Position numbers and translations under genes: made by a program. From a virus, in the IMG/VR virus record IMGVR_UViG_3300049811_000165, positions 1 to 63,478 of that record: a stretch of DNA of 63,478 nucleotides; one strand, written 5' to 3'. The notes under the pieces are model-generated. The model was not told the origin of the DNA and ran no database searches. It saw nothing but the letters and a program-made list of their open reading frames with translations. Below are positions 31,362-40,113 of the stretch, one piece after another (the first letter of the stretch is position 1; each line of letters begins with the position of its first letter).

Positions 31362-31678
31362 AGCAGCCCCTTAGCAGCCAGGATGGCACGAGTCTCCTCG
31401 ACCGCGCGCGTGAACTCCATCTCGATCATCTCCTTGGTGAGCCCAGGCCATCTTGCGCGGCCATCGAGCAGATCGTGGCAGTGGAAGCAGCCGAAGGCGC
31501 CCTTGTCGTCGTCGGCCTTCTGGGCGCCGCCCTTGCCGTCGACCGATCGGTTGGAGTGGCAGAGCACCGTGGTGGCGGTGTCGTTGCGGCAGCCGGGCAG
31601 CCGCAGCGTGCAGTCCTGGTCGCGCGCCGCCGCCCGGATCTTGGGCGAGCGCACGGGCACGCGCTTGGGGAACCTCAC
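31358..31678 (-). CDS. YbcO-like (DUF1364) putative nuclease
   Basis: The GTG start at 31678 overlaps the upstream stop (GTGA). AARDQDCTLRLPGCRNDTATTVLCHSN...KADDDKGAFGCFHCHDLLDGR parallels E. coli YbcO AARGRECQVRIPGVCNGNPETSVLAHIR...ACSACHDEIDRR. Confidence 0.65.
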   Translation of the reverse strand: MRFPKRVPVRSPKIRAAARDQDCTLRLPGCRNDTATTVLCHSNRSVDGKGGAQKADDDKGAFGCFHCHDLLDGRARWPGLTKEMIEMEFTRAVEETRAILAAKGLL

Positions 31679-32163
31679 CCGCCCTCCAGGTGCTTTGAGT
31701 ACGGGATGCGGACGTGCTGATGGAACAGTCTGGCCGCTGACGGGTTCGTGTCCAGCTCGCTGCGCGACTTCACGTTGCAGACTAGGCGGATCCACTCGGC
31801 GACCACCGTGGCCGGCTCGTCCGTCATCGCCAGCGCCTCGGCCCGGGTCCAGGTGGCCGCGTCGGTGGCGCGCACCCAGTCCCAGAACTTCTCCTGGCCG
31901 CAGAACAGGGCGGCCAGCTTGGTCAGTGATCCGCCGCGCTTGTCGCTCTGGCTGACGGGCTGCTCGCCGTCGCCGATCTCGACCAGGACCGCCATCATGC
32001 GGTGGCCCGCCCGCTTGCCCTTGGCCACCGTCAGGTTGCGGAAGGCTTCGAGCGCGTCGGCGTCCGGCAGGAAGAAGGTGACCTTCGCCCCTCCGTTGTG
32101 GCTCTCGCTCCAGCCGGCCAGCATCAGCTCGCCCTTGTAGACCACCACGTCGTCCAGGTTCAT
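31675..32163 (-). CDS. Hypothetical replication-module protein (162 aa)
   Basis: Start moved to the ATG at 32163 (ATGA overlap). The upstream part of the track ORF is Arg/Gly-rich and looks off-frame. Confidence 0.6.
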   Translation of the reverse strand: MNLDDVVVYKGELMLAGWSESHNGGAKVTFFLPDADALEAFRNLTVAKGKRAGHRMMAVLVEIGDGEQPVSQSDKRGGSLTKLAALFCGQEKFWDWVRATDAATWTRAEALAMTDEPATVVAEWIRLVCNVKSRSELDTNPSAARLFHQHVRIPYSKHLEGG

Positions 32164-32594
32164 TCCTGCTCCTCGCAGCGCAACTCGTACATCGGGACGA
32201 TCTTCTCGCCCACAACCACCCGCTTGCAGTTGGCCCCCTCCTTGATCACCGCATTGACGCGCAGCGGGAAGCCCTCCATGCGAAACGTCCGCATACCTAA
32301 CTCGCCGTCGGCCAAGTCCTCGCTCTTGTTGAAGCGCGCGCCCGTCACTTCCTCCAGGGATTCGAGGATGGGCTCGATGTCGCGCATGTTCTCGACATCG
32401 TTGATCGAGATGCAGCCCTCTTCGAGGTACATCGAGAACGCCGCGCTCTTGGGCAGCAGCCGCAGCACGGGCGACAGCCGCGCCAGCGCGGACTTCCACT
32501 CCGCCCTGGCCGTGGCAGCCTGCTCCAGCCACCCCGTGCGCTCGGCGATCAGCCGGTCCAGTGCCTTCTCTACGTCCGCCTTGACGATGCTCAT
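32160..32594 (-). CDS. Hypothetical replication-module protein (144 aa)
   Basis: Start at the second ATG of AAGGAGGaATGATG. It overlaps the upstream stop. Confidence 0.6.
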   Translation of the reverse strand: MSIVKADVEKALDRLIAERTGWLEQAATARAEWKSALARLSPVLRLLPKSAAFSMYLEEGCISINDVENMRDIEPILESLEEVTGARFNKSEDLADGELGMRTFRMEGFPLRVNAVIKEGANCKRVVVGEKIVPMYELRCEEQE

Positions 32595-32824
32595 CATTCC
32601 TCCTTGATCAGGCCGCCATCGCTCAGCACGATGGAGCATCCGGTTACTTCGACCGCCTCGCGCCTGAACTCCAAGAACGTCTTGCGCAGGCAGCGGTACA
32701 GGCGATCACCACCCAAAGAGTATACCACGAACTCCCTCCCTCCCGACTCAATGAGCCCTACCACTCGTCGGCTGAAGCGCGAGTCGGTGAAGGTCTGGCC
32801 GGGGCTGATCTCGATGCGGCGCAT
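32594..32824 (-). CDS. Hypothetical protein (76 aa)
   Basis: Track ORF with a GAGGAG SD. Confidence 0.6.
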   Translation of the reverse strand: MRRIEISPGQTFTDSRFSRRVVGLIESGGREFVVYSLGGDRLYRCLRKTFLEFRREAVEVTGCSIVLSDGGLIKEE

Positions 32825-32833
32825 GGCGTCTCC

Positions 32834-33751
32834 TCAGTCTGCCCAGTCGGTGCCGGGCGTTTCGGGCATGACGACGGACGACAGGATGTCGGTCCGGGTC
32901 ATCAGGCGATTCATCAGGCTGTACGCCGCGAGCTGGCCGGCGCCGTTCCTGTCGTTGTCGGCGAAGACGGTGACGCTCCTGGCGTCAACCGGCGGCTCGA
33001 AGCTGACCATGCCCGACGTGGAGATCGCCGCCCACACCGGCATCTTGAACTTGTTCGCAGCGGCCAGGGCGCTCTCGATGCCCTCAGCCACGCCCATCAC
33101 CGCGTCGGCCCGCGACAGGCGGATGGCCGCCCCCGCGATCGACTCGACGCAGGTCATCAGCTTCTTAGCCATCGGCACGGGCGCCTTGTGCCCGTCGCTC
33201 GTCAGGTAGGTGCGGTGCAGGCCGACCACCCGGTTCCCCAGCCACACCGCCGCGATCATGGTCGGGTAGTTGCCGAGCAGCGCCTCGCCGTCGTAGTACG
33301 GTAGCCCGGGGTGACAGCGCAGCATGGTCCCTTGCGGCAGGTAGCCCAGGCGGCGGCGCAGGTACAGGCCGACGGCGTCGTTTGCTTCGAGCGGCGCGGC
33401 GCCCTGCCAAACGCGGCGGATGCGCTGCATCTCGCGAGCGTAGTCCTTCGGCTTGGCCACCTTGCCCTCGACCGCCTGCGGCAGCAGCGACTCGACCCGC
33501 TTCACGGCCTCGCCCAGCGGCAGCCCGGTGTAGCGCATGACCAAGCCCAGGCCGTCGCCAGCGCCGCAGTGCGTGCAGATCCACGAGCCCGAGCCACCCT
33601 TGTCGTCGAACCGGAAGGACTTCTTGCCCTTGCAGCCCAGCGGGCAGGGGCCGTGCCGGTTGCGCAGCGCCTCTGGCGGGACACCCAGAGCGGCCAGGAG
33701 GGAGGGCCACTTGCCGATGGCCCGGGTGCCGGCGCGTTCGGTGTACTTCAT
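32834..33751 (-). CDS. DNA primase (zinc-ribbon plus Toprim)
   Basis: 305 aa. HGPCPLGCKGKKSFRFDDKGGSGSWICTHCG is a primase zinc-binding motif of the P4/TraC type. The C-terminal Toprim signature is VAEGIESAL ... VFADNDRNGAGQ. Confidence 0.75.
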   Translation of the reverse strand: MKYTERAGTRAIGKWPSLLAALGVPPEALRNRHGPCPLGCKGKKSFRFDDKGGSGSWICTHCGAGDGLGLVMRYTGLPLGEAVKRVESLLPQAVEGKVAKPKDYAREMQRIRRVWQGAAPLEANDAVGLYLRRRLGYLPQGTMLRCHPGLPYYDGEALLGNYPTMIAAVWLGNRVVGLHRTYLTSDGHKAPVPMAKKLMTCVESIAGAAIRLSRADAVMGVAEGIESALAAANKFKMPVWAAISTSGMVSFEPPVDARSVTVFADNDRNGAGQLAAYSLMNRLMTRTDILSSVVMPETPGTDWAD

Positions 33752-35247
33752 GCTGCCTTCTGCCGCTTCGAGTAGCGGATCATCTGCGACGTGACCCAGC
33801 GGTCAGTCTCGGGCGACGGCTGGATCGGGTAGTCCTGCATGCCCTTGGGCCACACCTCGAACCGCTCGCGATACTGGCGCGCCACCCAGCCCGGCTTGAA
33901 GCCGCGCTTGCGCTGGATGAACAGCAGCTCGGAGTAGAACTTCTGCTTGTCCATCATGGTCGGCTTGGGCGCCTTCTCCAGCTTCTTCAGCTCGCCATCG
34001 CCGACCGCCTCCTTGTGCTTGCGCACGCGCTTGTGGCCACACCGCTCGCACGGGTTCTTGCCGTGAGGGTCGACGAAGCCACACTCGGGGCAGCGCACGG
34101 CCTTGGGCTCGTCGGCCTCCTGAGACTCACCGCCCTCCGTGGTGCGCGGCTTGCCGTCGTCCAGCTCGTAGTCGCGATCCTCCGTCGGGAAGCCGAGCTT
34201 CAGCACGGTGCCCGAGTGGTCGAGAATCAGGGCCTTGTCCTTGCCAGGGAAGGGGCGCAGCACGCGGCCGGCCATCTGGACGTAGCGGATCATGGACTTT
34301 GTCGGCCGCGCCAGGATCATCGTGCGGATCGACGGCTGGTCCCAGCCCTCAGCGAGCAGCGCGGCGCACGAGATCACCGTGGTCTTGCCGGAGTCGACGC
34401 TGGCCAGGATCGCCTTGCGCTCGTCGTGGTCGCAGTAGGCGTCGATGTGGCGCGCCGTGACGCCGGCCCGCGTGAACTCCTCGACGATGGCCTGCGAGTG
34501 CGCGATGCTCGACGCGAACACCACCGTGGGCGTGCCGTTGGCGAGGCGCTTCCAGTGGTCGACGATGTCGCCGATCAGCTTGGGCTTGTTGACCGCCTTG
34601 CCCAGCTCGCTCTCGACGTAGTCGATCTCGCCGAACTGGTTGCGCTGCGTCCGCACGCCGGACAGGTCGACCTCGGCCGGGGCGTAGACATCGCAGTCCA
34701 CGAGGTGCCCCTCGGCGATGAGCTGCGAGTAGTGGGCCGCAACCACGGCGCCCTGGAACAGCTCGCCCTCCAGGTCTGGATCGTAGCGCCCCATGCCGCG
34801 CGACCAGGGTGTCGCCGTCAGCCCGAGCACGACGGCCTTCGGGTTGGACTTGATCACGGACAGGTAGTCCTTCGATCCGGGCACCGCGTGCGCCTCGTCG
34901 ATCACGATCACGTCGAACGCATCGGGCAGGCCGCGCCGCGCGATAGTCTGGATCGAGCCAACGATCACGGGCAGGTACTCGCGGCGGGAGTCCTGGCCGC
35001 GCATGATGCCGTGCTCGATGCCCGCCTTGGTCAGGCGCTCGGAGAACTGCTGCACGAGTTGCACGCGGTTGACGGCGAACAGCACGCGCCGCTTGCGCTG
35101 GCATGCCGACGCGATGATGTCGTGACCCATGACGCTCTTGCCGGCCCCGGTGGGGGCGACGAGCACCTGCCGCAGCAGGCCGCCGGCAAACCCCTGGCGC
35201 AGGCCGTTGATCGCATTGTGCTGGTAGTCTCTCAGGACTGGACGCAT
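33748..35247 (-). CDS. SF2 DEAD/DEAH-box DNA helicase with a C-terminal zinc ribbon
   Basis: Start moved to the ATG at 35247, which has a GAGGTGA SD. Motifs: LRDYQ (Q-motif region), APTGAGKS (I), VIVIDEAHAV (II), LTATP (III), QMAGRVLRP (VI), and CPECG..N..CERCGH. Confidence 0.85.
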   Translation of the reverse strand: MRPVLRDYQHNAINGLRQGFAGGLLRQVLVAPTGAGKSVMGHDIIASACQRKRRVLFAVNRVQLVQQFSERLTKAGIEHGIMRGQDSRREYLPVIVGSIQTIARRGLPDAFDVIVIDEAHAVPGSKDYLSVIKSNPKAVVLGLTATPWSRGMGRYDPDLEGELFQGAVVAAHYSQLIAEGHLVDCDVYAPAEVDLSGVRTQRNQFGEIDYVESELGKAVNKPKLIGDIVDHWKRLANGTPTVVFASSIAHSQAIVEEFTRAGVTARHIDAYCDHDERKAILASVDSGKTTVISCAALLAEGWDQPSIRTMILARPTKSMIRYVQMAGRVLRPFPGKDKALILDHSGTVLKLGFPTEDRDYELDDGKPRTTEGGESQEADEPKAVRCPECGFVDPHGKNPCERCGHKRVRKHKEAVGDGELKKLEKAPKPTMMDKQKFYSELLFIQRKRGFKPGWVARQYRERFEVWPKGMQDYPIQPSPETDRWVTSQMIRYSKRQKAA

Positions 35248-35323
35248 GGCTGTACTCACCTCGTAAGGGGCTCCAGTATAGCGCAACCCAGGCGGTGCAT
35301 CCCGCCGTCCGTCGGGAGGGGTG

Positions 35324-35341
35324 CGTTTCACGATGTGGAAT
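35324..35341 (-). promoter_or_regulatory. Copy of the 18-bp motif upstream of the helicase operon
   Basis: The plus strand reads CGTTTCACGATGTGGAAT and the minus strand ATTCCACATCGTGAAACG. It lies 77-94 nt upstream of the ATG at 35247. A TATACT -10-like hexamer (minus strand, 35280-35275) lies 43 nt downstream of the motif. Confidence 0.55.
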
Positions 35342-35706
35342 TTCGATCGTCGCGGGCGCAAGGCAAGCCAAGGGGGTGAAGGGGCCACCGCCCGCCTCTG
35401 CCGGGGTGCCCGGCTCGGGCCTCGCTCTCGCGCGACATTCCTCTTCCAGCGGCCCCACTTAACTCCGGGAGGGGTGTCCCCAGACTTCACTCATTTCCGC
35501 TGTTCGTGTGGTCCCTGTCGAAGGCCACTGCGCCGGCTTGCCAGTAAGCGCACCCGGTTTTCTTCCACGCCGGCCCAGGCTTGGCCGCTTCCTTACGGTG
35601 TGGAGTACCGTCGATCGATTGCGACCCGTCGGGTTTACCGCGAGTCATTCATGGGGGTGGCACCATACACCCAAAACCGGCGAGTGCGCAACTGAGTCGT
35701 GCCGGC

Positions 35707-35743
35707 ATTCCACATTGTGAAACGCATTCCACATTGTGAAACG
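35707..35743 (+). promoter_or_regulatory. Two tandem identical copies of the 18-bp motif upstream of the Cro-like/recombination operon
   Basis: ATTCCACATTGTGAAACG occurs at 35707-35724 and again at 35726-35743, a 19-bp period. The pair ends 88 nt upstream of the ATG at 35831 and is followed by TTGCGA-gg-TATTGC. Confidence 0.6.
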
Positions 35744-35830
35744 ACAGCTTCCCTTGCGAGGTATTGCTCCAACCGGGTTAGCCTCAGGTAGTGTTCTCCT
35801 GTGCGGTTATCGCACCACATAGGAGGCACC

Positions 35831-36091
35831 ATGAAGAAGACCAAGGCTCCGGCCCGGATCACCCTGCGCGAGCTGCTGCTCAAGCTCGACCGCTACCAGA
35901 AGCTGCAACTCGCCGCCGCTCTCGACACCTCGCTCGGCTACCTGCGCAAGCTCGCCTACGGGCAGTGCGAGCCCTCGATGTCGATGTTCCGCAAGCTGCG
36001 CGAGATCGAGCCGCGCATCGACGAGAACTCGTTCGGCGAGCCGGCACGTCTCGAAGCCCTGCGCCAGAAGGAAGAAGCGGCCCTGTCGTGA
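35831..36091 (+). CDS. Cro/XRE-like helix-turn-helix regulator
   Basis: Start moved to the ATG at 35831, which has an AGGAGG SD. The HTH segment is QLAAALDTSLGYLRKLAYGQ. It is the first gene of its operon, next to the repeated motif. Confidence 0.55.
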   Translation: MKKTKAPARITLRELLLKLDRYQKLQLAAALDTSLGYLRKLAYGQCEPSMSMFRKLREIEPRIDENSFGEPARLEALRQKEEAALS

Positions 36092-36474
36092 ACCACGAAG
36101 AAGACCTGGAGCAGGCGGCGCTGATGCGCTGGGCCGCCCTTCAGCAGAAGGTCTGGCCCGAGCTGAAGTGGCTGCACCACATCCCCAACGGCGGGCACCG
36201 CACGAAGACGACGGCCGCGCGGCTCAAGGCGCTCGGCGTCAAGCCCGGGGTGTTCGACCTCTTCCTGCCGGTGCCCAGGCACGGGCGACACGGGCTGTAC
36301 ATCGAGATGAAGTCGAAGAAGGGGCGGATGTCGCCGGAGCAGATGGAGTTCGGGCAGGACATGGCGAACACCGGCTACGCCGTGTACATCTGCCGCAACT
36401 TCGATCAGGCGCGCCACACCATCATGGGCTACCTCTTCGAGGACACCATCCCGGAGTCGCCGTGGGTTCATTGA
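36088..36474 (+). CDS. VRR-NUC domain nuclease
   Basis: GTG start with a GTGA overlap. EEDLEQAALMRWAAL...LHHIPNGGHR...GVKPGVFDLFLPV...GLYIEMKSKKGRMSPEQMEF matches the VRR-NUC pattern (hiPNgg, G.pDl, lEvK...g.ls..Q). Confidence 0.7.
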   Translation: MNHEEDLEQAALMRWAALQQKVWPELKWLHHIPNGGHRTKTTAARLKALGVKPGVFDLFLPVPRHGRHGLYIEMKSKKGRMSPEQMEFGQDMANTGYAVYICRNFDQARHTIMGYLFEDTIPESPWVH

Positions 36475-36704
36475 TGCGCTGGGCGCTCGTCATCCTCTGG
36501 CTCGGGCTGGGCGCGCGCGAGATCGCCGCCGGCCCGAGCACGCTGGAGGGATGCGCGCCGATCCTGGAGGCTATCCAGGCCGAGGAGCGCGACGCGGTGG
36601 TCCCGGGCGACCTGGGCGAGTACGCGCGCCAGCTTCGCGCCCTGGCGCTGCGCCAGCAGGCCGACCTGCGATCTGCGTGCGAGCCGACGAACGGTCGGTT
36701 TTAG
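36474..36704 (+). CDS. Small protein with an N-terminal signal/anchor helix (76 aa)
   Basis: The ATG at 36474 forms a TGATG overlap. MRWALVILWLGLGA is followed by a charged helical region with two Cys. Confidence 0.5.
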   Translation: MRWALVILWLGLGAREIAAGPSTLEGCAPILEAIQAEERDAVVPGDLGEYARQLRALALRQQADLRSACEPTNGRF

Positions 36705-36761
36705 ATACCGGATTGGTGTATAGTTCGATCTCGTCAAGCGAAGTTGATACGAGGAGATGAG

Positions 36762-37454
36762 ATGGACACACCCGATCTGATTCCCGCCGCGCCCGACCTG
36801 CGTCAGGCCAAGCTCTACGCCGCCCTGGCCAAGGCCCAGTCCGCCTACCCGGCGATCCCGAAGAACCGCACGGTCACGATCAAGCCGCGCGACAAGTCGC
36901 CGTACAGCTTCCGCTACGCCGACCTCGAAGGCATCCTGTCCGCCACGCGCAAGCCGCTGTCGGACAACGGCCTCGCCCTGATCCAGTTCCTGAACAGCGA
37001 CGGTAGGGAGGCGAGCCTGATCACGCAGTTGGTCCACGCCGACGGCGGGTCCGTCACCTCGGTCGTGCGCCTGCCCTCGGGCTCGGACCCGGACCCGAAG
37101 ACGTTCGGCGGGCTGGTCACCTACTACCGGCGCTACGCCGCCTGCCCGATGCTCGGCGTCGCGGCGGACGACGACCTCGACGAGGATGGTCAGGGCGCGC
37201 AGTCGGAGGAAGACACGCTGCTCGTGCTCACCAAGAACGCTCGCGCCGAGGCGCAGCGCGGGGTCGAGAGCTACGTGAAGTTCTGGACCACGATGCTCAC
37301 CAACGAGCAGCGCAAGGCACTGCTGGAGCATCACGAGGGCTTCAAGAAGATTGCCGAGGGCATCGACAAGGCCAAGGCCAAGGCAGCGGCCAAGGTGGAG
37401 TCCAAGCCTGCGGATCCGGTTGCGAGCGGCGGGGCGGACCCAGCCCAAGGGTAG
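36762..37454 (+). CDS. erf: ERF-family single-strand annealing protein
   Basis: ATG at 36762, 5 nt after GAGGAG. LYAALAKAQSAYPAIPKNRTV...YSFRYADLEGILSATRKPLSDNGLALIQ...TQLVHADGGS...FGGLVTYYRRYAACPMLGVAADDDLDEDG follows the ERF pattern. Confidence 0.7.
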   Translation: MDTPDLIPAAPDLRQAKLYAALAKAQSAYPAIPKNRTVTIKPRDKSPYSFRYADLEGILSATRKPLSDNGLALIQFLNSDGREASLITQLVHADGGSVTSVVRLPSGSDPDPKTFGGLVTYYRRYAACPMLGVAADDDLDEDGQGAQSEEDTLLVLTKNARAEAQRGVESYVKFWTTMLTNEQRKALLEHHEGFKKIAEGIDKAKAKAAAKVESKPADPVASGGADPAQG

Positions 37455-37549
37455 CCGCGAAAGCCGTCGGTCCCCCGCCCACAAGGCGCCCGGCGGTCAT
37501 GCAAGGCGGGAGGCAGCCGGGAGAGACCGGCCCACTCATGGAGGTGTCG

Positions 37550-37756
37550 ATGAAGCTCAAGCTGTTTCTCACTGTGGTCCTGACGCTGCTCTCCGTCGTG
37601 GCTCACTCCCAGGCGATCCAGTGGCGGCTCGTCGGCACCTCCACCAACTTCGAGCGCAACGTCACCTCGTGCTTCTACGAGGGGCGCACCGCCGATGGAA
37701 CCACCGTGACAGCCACCCGCTTCGTGCGCGGGTTCGTCTGTCCCCTCATGCCCTAA
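37550..37756 (+). CDS. Small secreted protein (68 aa) with a cleavable-looking signal peptide
   Basis: Start moved to the ATG at 37550, which has a GGAGGTG SD. MKLKLFLTVVLTLLSVVAHSQA is followed by a mature part with two Cys. Confidence 0.55.
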   Translation: MKLKLFLTVVLTLLSVVAHSQAIQWRLVGTSTNFERNVTSCFYEGRTADGTTVTATRFVRGFVCPLMP

Positions 37757-37765
37757 GGAGCAATC

Positions 37766-38395
37766 ATGGAACAAGGCACCGCCGAATGGAAGGCGCTGCG
37801 CGCCGGCAAGGCCACCGCGTCGATGTTCGCTGACGCGATCGCATTCAAGAAGGACGGCACCGAGATGGCCGTGCGCCGCGACTACCGCACGCAGCTCGTG
37901 GTCGAGCGCCTGACCGGGAAGGAGTTCGGCGGCTTCACCACCTTCGCCATGCGCGAGGGCATCGAGCGCGAGCCGCTGGCGCGCACGCACTTCGAGGCGG
38001 TCACCGGCCACTACGTGCAGGAGGTCGCTTTCATCGAGCACCCCGAGCTGCTGGCAGGGTGCAGCCCTGACGGACTGATCGGCGACCACGCCGGCATCGA
38101 GATCAAGTGCCCTCAGCCGCCGAAGCACTTCGAGTACCTGAGCCTTGCCCCCGGCGCCGCGCCGGCCGAGTACACGCCGCAGGTCCAGGGTGCGCTCTGG
38201 CTGACCGGCCGCCCGCACTGGTACTTCGTGTCCTTCAACCCCGACTTCCCCGAGCCGCTGCGACTCGTGGTGCGCCGCGTGCAGCGCGACGAGAAGTACA
38301 TCCAGGCGCTTGACGTTGGTCTGCGCCAGTTCCTCGACGAGGTCGACCGCGACTACGTCACCGCCCTCAACTTCACCGGAGCCATCCATGTCTAG
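37766..38395 (+). CDS. YqaJ/lambda-Exo-type recombination exonuclease (PD-(D/E)xK)
   Basis: 209 aa. It opens with MEQGTAEWKALRAGKATASMF (the YqaJ N-terminal signature). It also has GIEREP, SPDGLIGD.AGIEIKCP and a D...E.K core. It pairs with the ERF gene. Confidence 0.75.
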   Translation: MEQGTAEWKALRAGKATASMFADAIAFKKDGTEMAVRRDYRTQLVVERLTGKEFGGFTTFAMREGIEREPLARTHFEAVTGHYVQEVAFIEHPELLAGCSPDGLIGDHAGIEIKCPQPPKHFEYLSLAPGAAPAEYTPQVQGALWLTGRPHWYFVSFNPDFPEPLRLVVRRVQRDEKYIQALDVGLRQFLDEVDRDYVTALNFTGAIHV

Positions 38396-38807
38396 CACCG
38401 AGACCCCGCAAGTCGACCCCTCCTTCCGCGCGCGCTTCGACGCCGCCGCCGTGACCCACGAGCAGGAGATCGACCTCGTCTTCCTGGGGCGCGGCATCCA
38501 GCGCCTCGCCGCCATCGTCCACGACCACGCCGTCAAGAAGGGCTGGTGGCTGGGCGAGCGCAACGACGGCGAGCTGATCGCCCTCACGCACAGCGAGCTG
38601 AGCGAAGCCCTGGAGGGCCTGCGCCACGGCAACCCGCCGAGCGACAAGATCCCCGCCTTCAGCTCGGCCGAGGAAGAGCTGGCCGACACGATCATCCGCG
38701 TGCTCGACCACGGCGCCGCGCGCGGCTGGGACATCGGCGGCGCCATCGTGGCGAAGCTGATCTACAACCAGGGCCGCGCGTATCGCCACGGCGGGAAGGA
38801 GTTCTGA
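38388..38807 (+). CDS. MazG-like nucleotide pyrophosphohydrolase
   Basis: ATG at 38388. Sequence features: LIALTHSELSEALEGLRHG...AEEELADTIIRVLDHGAARGWDIGGAIVAKLIYNQGRAYRHGGKEF. The EE..D motif and the C-terminal N..R..RHGGK.F are typical of phage MazG. Confidence 0.7.
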   Translation: MSSTETPQVDPSFRARFDAAAVTHEQEIDLVFLGRGIQRLAAIVHDHAVKKGWWLGERNDGELIALTHSELSEALEGLRHGNPPSDKIPAFSSAEEELADTIIRVLDHGAARGWDIGGAIVAKLIYNQGRAYRHGGKEF

Positions 38808-38808
38808 G

Positions 38809-39075
38809 ATGATCCTCGCTCGCCCAGGCCAGCCCTGGTACGCCCAGATCCGCGCGGACGGGACCATCGTCCTGAACCCGAAGGTGGCCAACGCTCGCGA
38901 GCTGTTGGCCTCCGACCAGCCGAACCTCGCCGCCGCGCTCGCCGCGCAGGAAGACGCCGACGACACCCTCGATCGCGTTTCCAAGCTGCTCAAGAAGAAG
39001 GGGGCGCTCGCGGGCGAGGACGCCGACGTGTTCGAGAAGGTCGACAAGATCCTGAAGAAGAGGGGGAAGAAGTGA
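38809..39075 (+). CDS. Hypothetical protein (88 aa)
   Basis: Track ORF, tightly packed, with a Lys-rich C-terminus. Confidence 0.55.
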   Translation: MILARPGQPWYAQIRADGTIVLNPKVANARELLASDQPNLAAALAAQEDADDTLDRVSKLLKKKGALAGEDADVFEKVDKILKKRGKK

Positions 39076-39410
39076 CGCGCTACGTGGAAGTGGATGGCCT
39101 GCCGATGTCTCGCACGATGGTGGGCAAGGGGCCGACGCGCCGCCCGTGGGGCACGCGCATCATCGGGACCGAGCGGGTGATGGGCGACAGCGACGAGGCG
39201 ATCGTGGTGGCCAACGAGCCGATGCTCAAGGCGCGCCGCGACCCGCGCGACCCGCGCAAGGGCGGCCGTCAGATCAGGCTCGTGCCGCCTAGCCCGATCG
39301 TGCGCGAGCTGATGGGCATCGTGACTGCCGTTCGTCTGAAAGTGCCCCTGTCGGTGCGCGGCCGTGGTATCCTGTACGGGTACATGAACAACCACATCGA
39401 AGGGAACTAG
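39072..39410 (+). CDS. Hypothetical basic protein (112 aa)
   Basis: Track ORF with a GTG start overlapping the upstream stop. Its Arg-rich composition lowers confidence. Confidence 0.4.
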   Translation: MTRYVEVDGLPMSRTMVGKGPTRRPWGTRIIGTERVMGDSDEAIVVANEPMLKARRDPRDPRKGGRQIRLVPPSPIVRELMGIVTAVRLKVPLSVRGRGILYGYMNNHIEGN

Positions 39411-39412
39411 AC

Positions 39413-39853
39413 ATGGCATCAGTGAACAAGGTCATCCTGCTGGGCAACCTTGGCAAGGATCCCGAACTCCGCTACACGGAGAGCGGCACGGCGGTGGCGA
39501 CCTTGTCGCTGGCCACCACCCGCTCGTACAAGGACAGGAACGACGAGCGCGTCGAGGAGACGGAGTGGCACCGCGTCGTGTTGTGGGGGCGCACCGCCGA
39601 GATCGCCAACGAGTACGTCAAGAAGGGCGAGCCGCTGTTCGTCGAGGGCTACCTGAAGACGCGCAAGTGGACCGACAAGGAAGGCGTCGACAAGTACACC
39701 ACCGAGATCGTGGGCGAGAACATCCAGCTCCTCGGCGGCAAGAAGGGTGGCGGCGACGAGAAGCCCGCGCCGAGCGGCAAGCCCGCGCCGCGCGGCAAGC
39801 CCGCCCAGACTCAGCGCCAGATTGCGGAGGAGGACGACGACATCCCGTTCTAG
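39413..39853 (+). CDS. ssb: Single-stranded DNA-binding protein
   Basis: 146 aa. The OB-fold N-terminus is [32 protein letters not shown]...[16 protein letters not shown]. It has a Gly/Pro-rich linker and the acidic tail EEDDDIPF. Confidence 0.9.
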   Translation: MASVNKVILLGNLGKDPELRYTESGTAVATLSLATTRSYKDRNDERVEETEWHRVVLWGRTAEIANEYVKKGEPLFVEGYLKTRKWTDKEGVDKYTTEIVGENIQLLGGKKGGGDEKPAPSGKPAPRGKPAQTQRQIAEEDDDIPF

Positions 39854-40113
39854 GCGCACAGAATCCGACAGCCCGGCTACCCGTGCACTGCGTTCATGAC
39901 AGTGGTGTGAGTACGGTGAGAGGATCGAGCCGCGCCGGGCCTCCAGCAGTAGATCAACTGCCGACCGGGTGGAAGGCCCGGGTCTATTGATGACTTGACC
40001 TGCGCCATAAGAGCGCGCAGGGCCGCCCCGGCGAGGGAGCCGCCATGAGCCGCAGGTGCGAGAAGCCTGCCCAGTAGACGGTAAGCTGGACCCACAACCT
40101 CAAGGAGAGCGCC

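Noticed and set aside
36705-36761. An AT-rich stretch with TATAGT upstream of erf as a sigma-70 promoter.
   Set aside because: There is no acceptable -35 hexamer at 16-18 bp, and no correctly spaced TGn extended -10. It is too weak to call.
39854-40113. The 260-nt gap after ssb as a tRNA or small RNA gene or a terminator.
   Set aside because: Only short hairpins were found (e.g. CTGCGC-N9-GCGCAG), without a U-tract. There is no cloverleaf and no T-loop GTTCGA motif. I cannot support a specific RNA feature, though it may hold an internal promoter.
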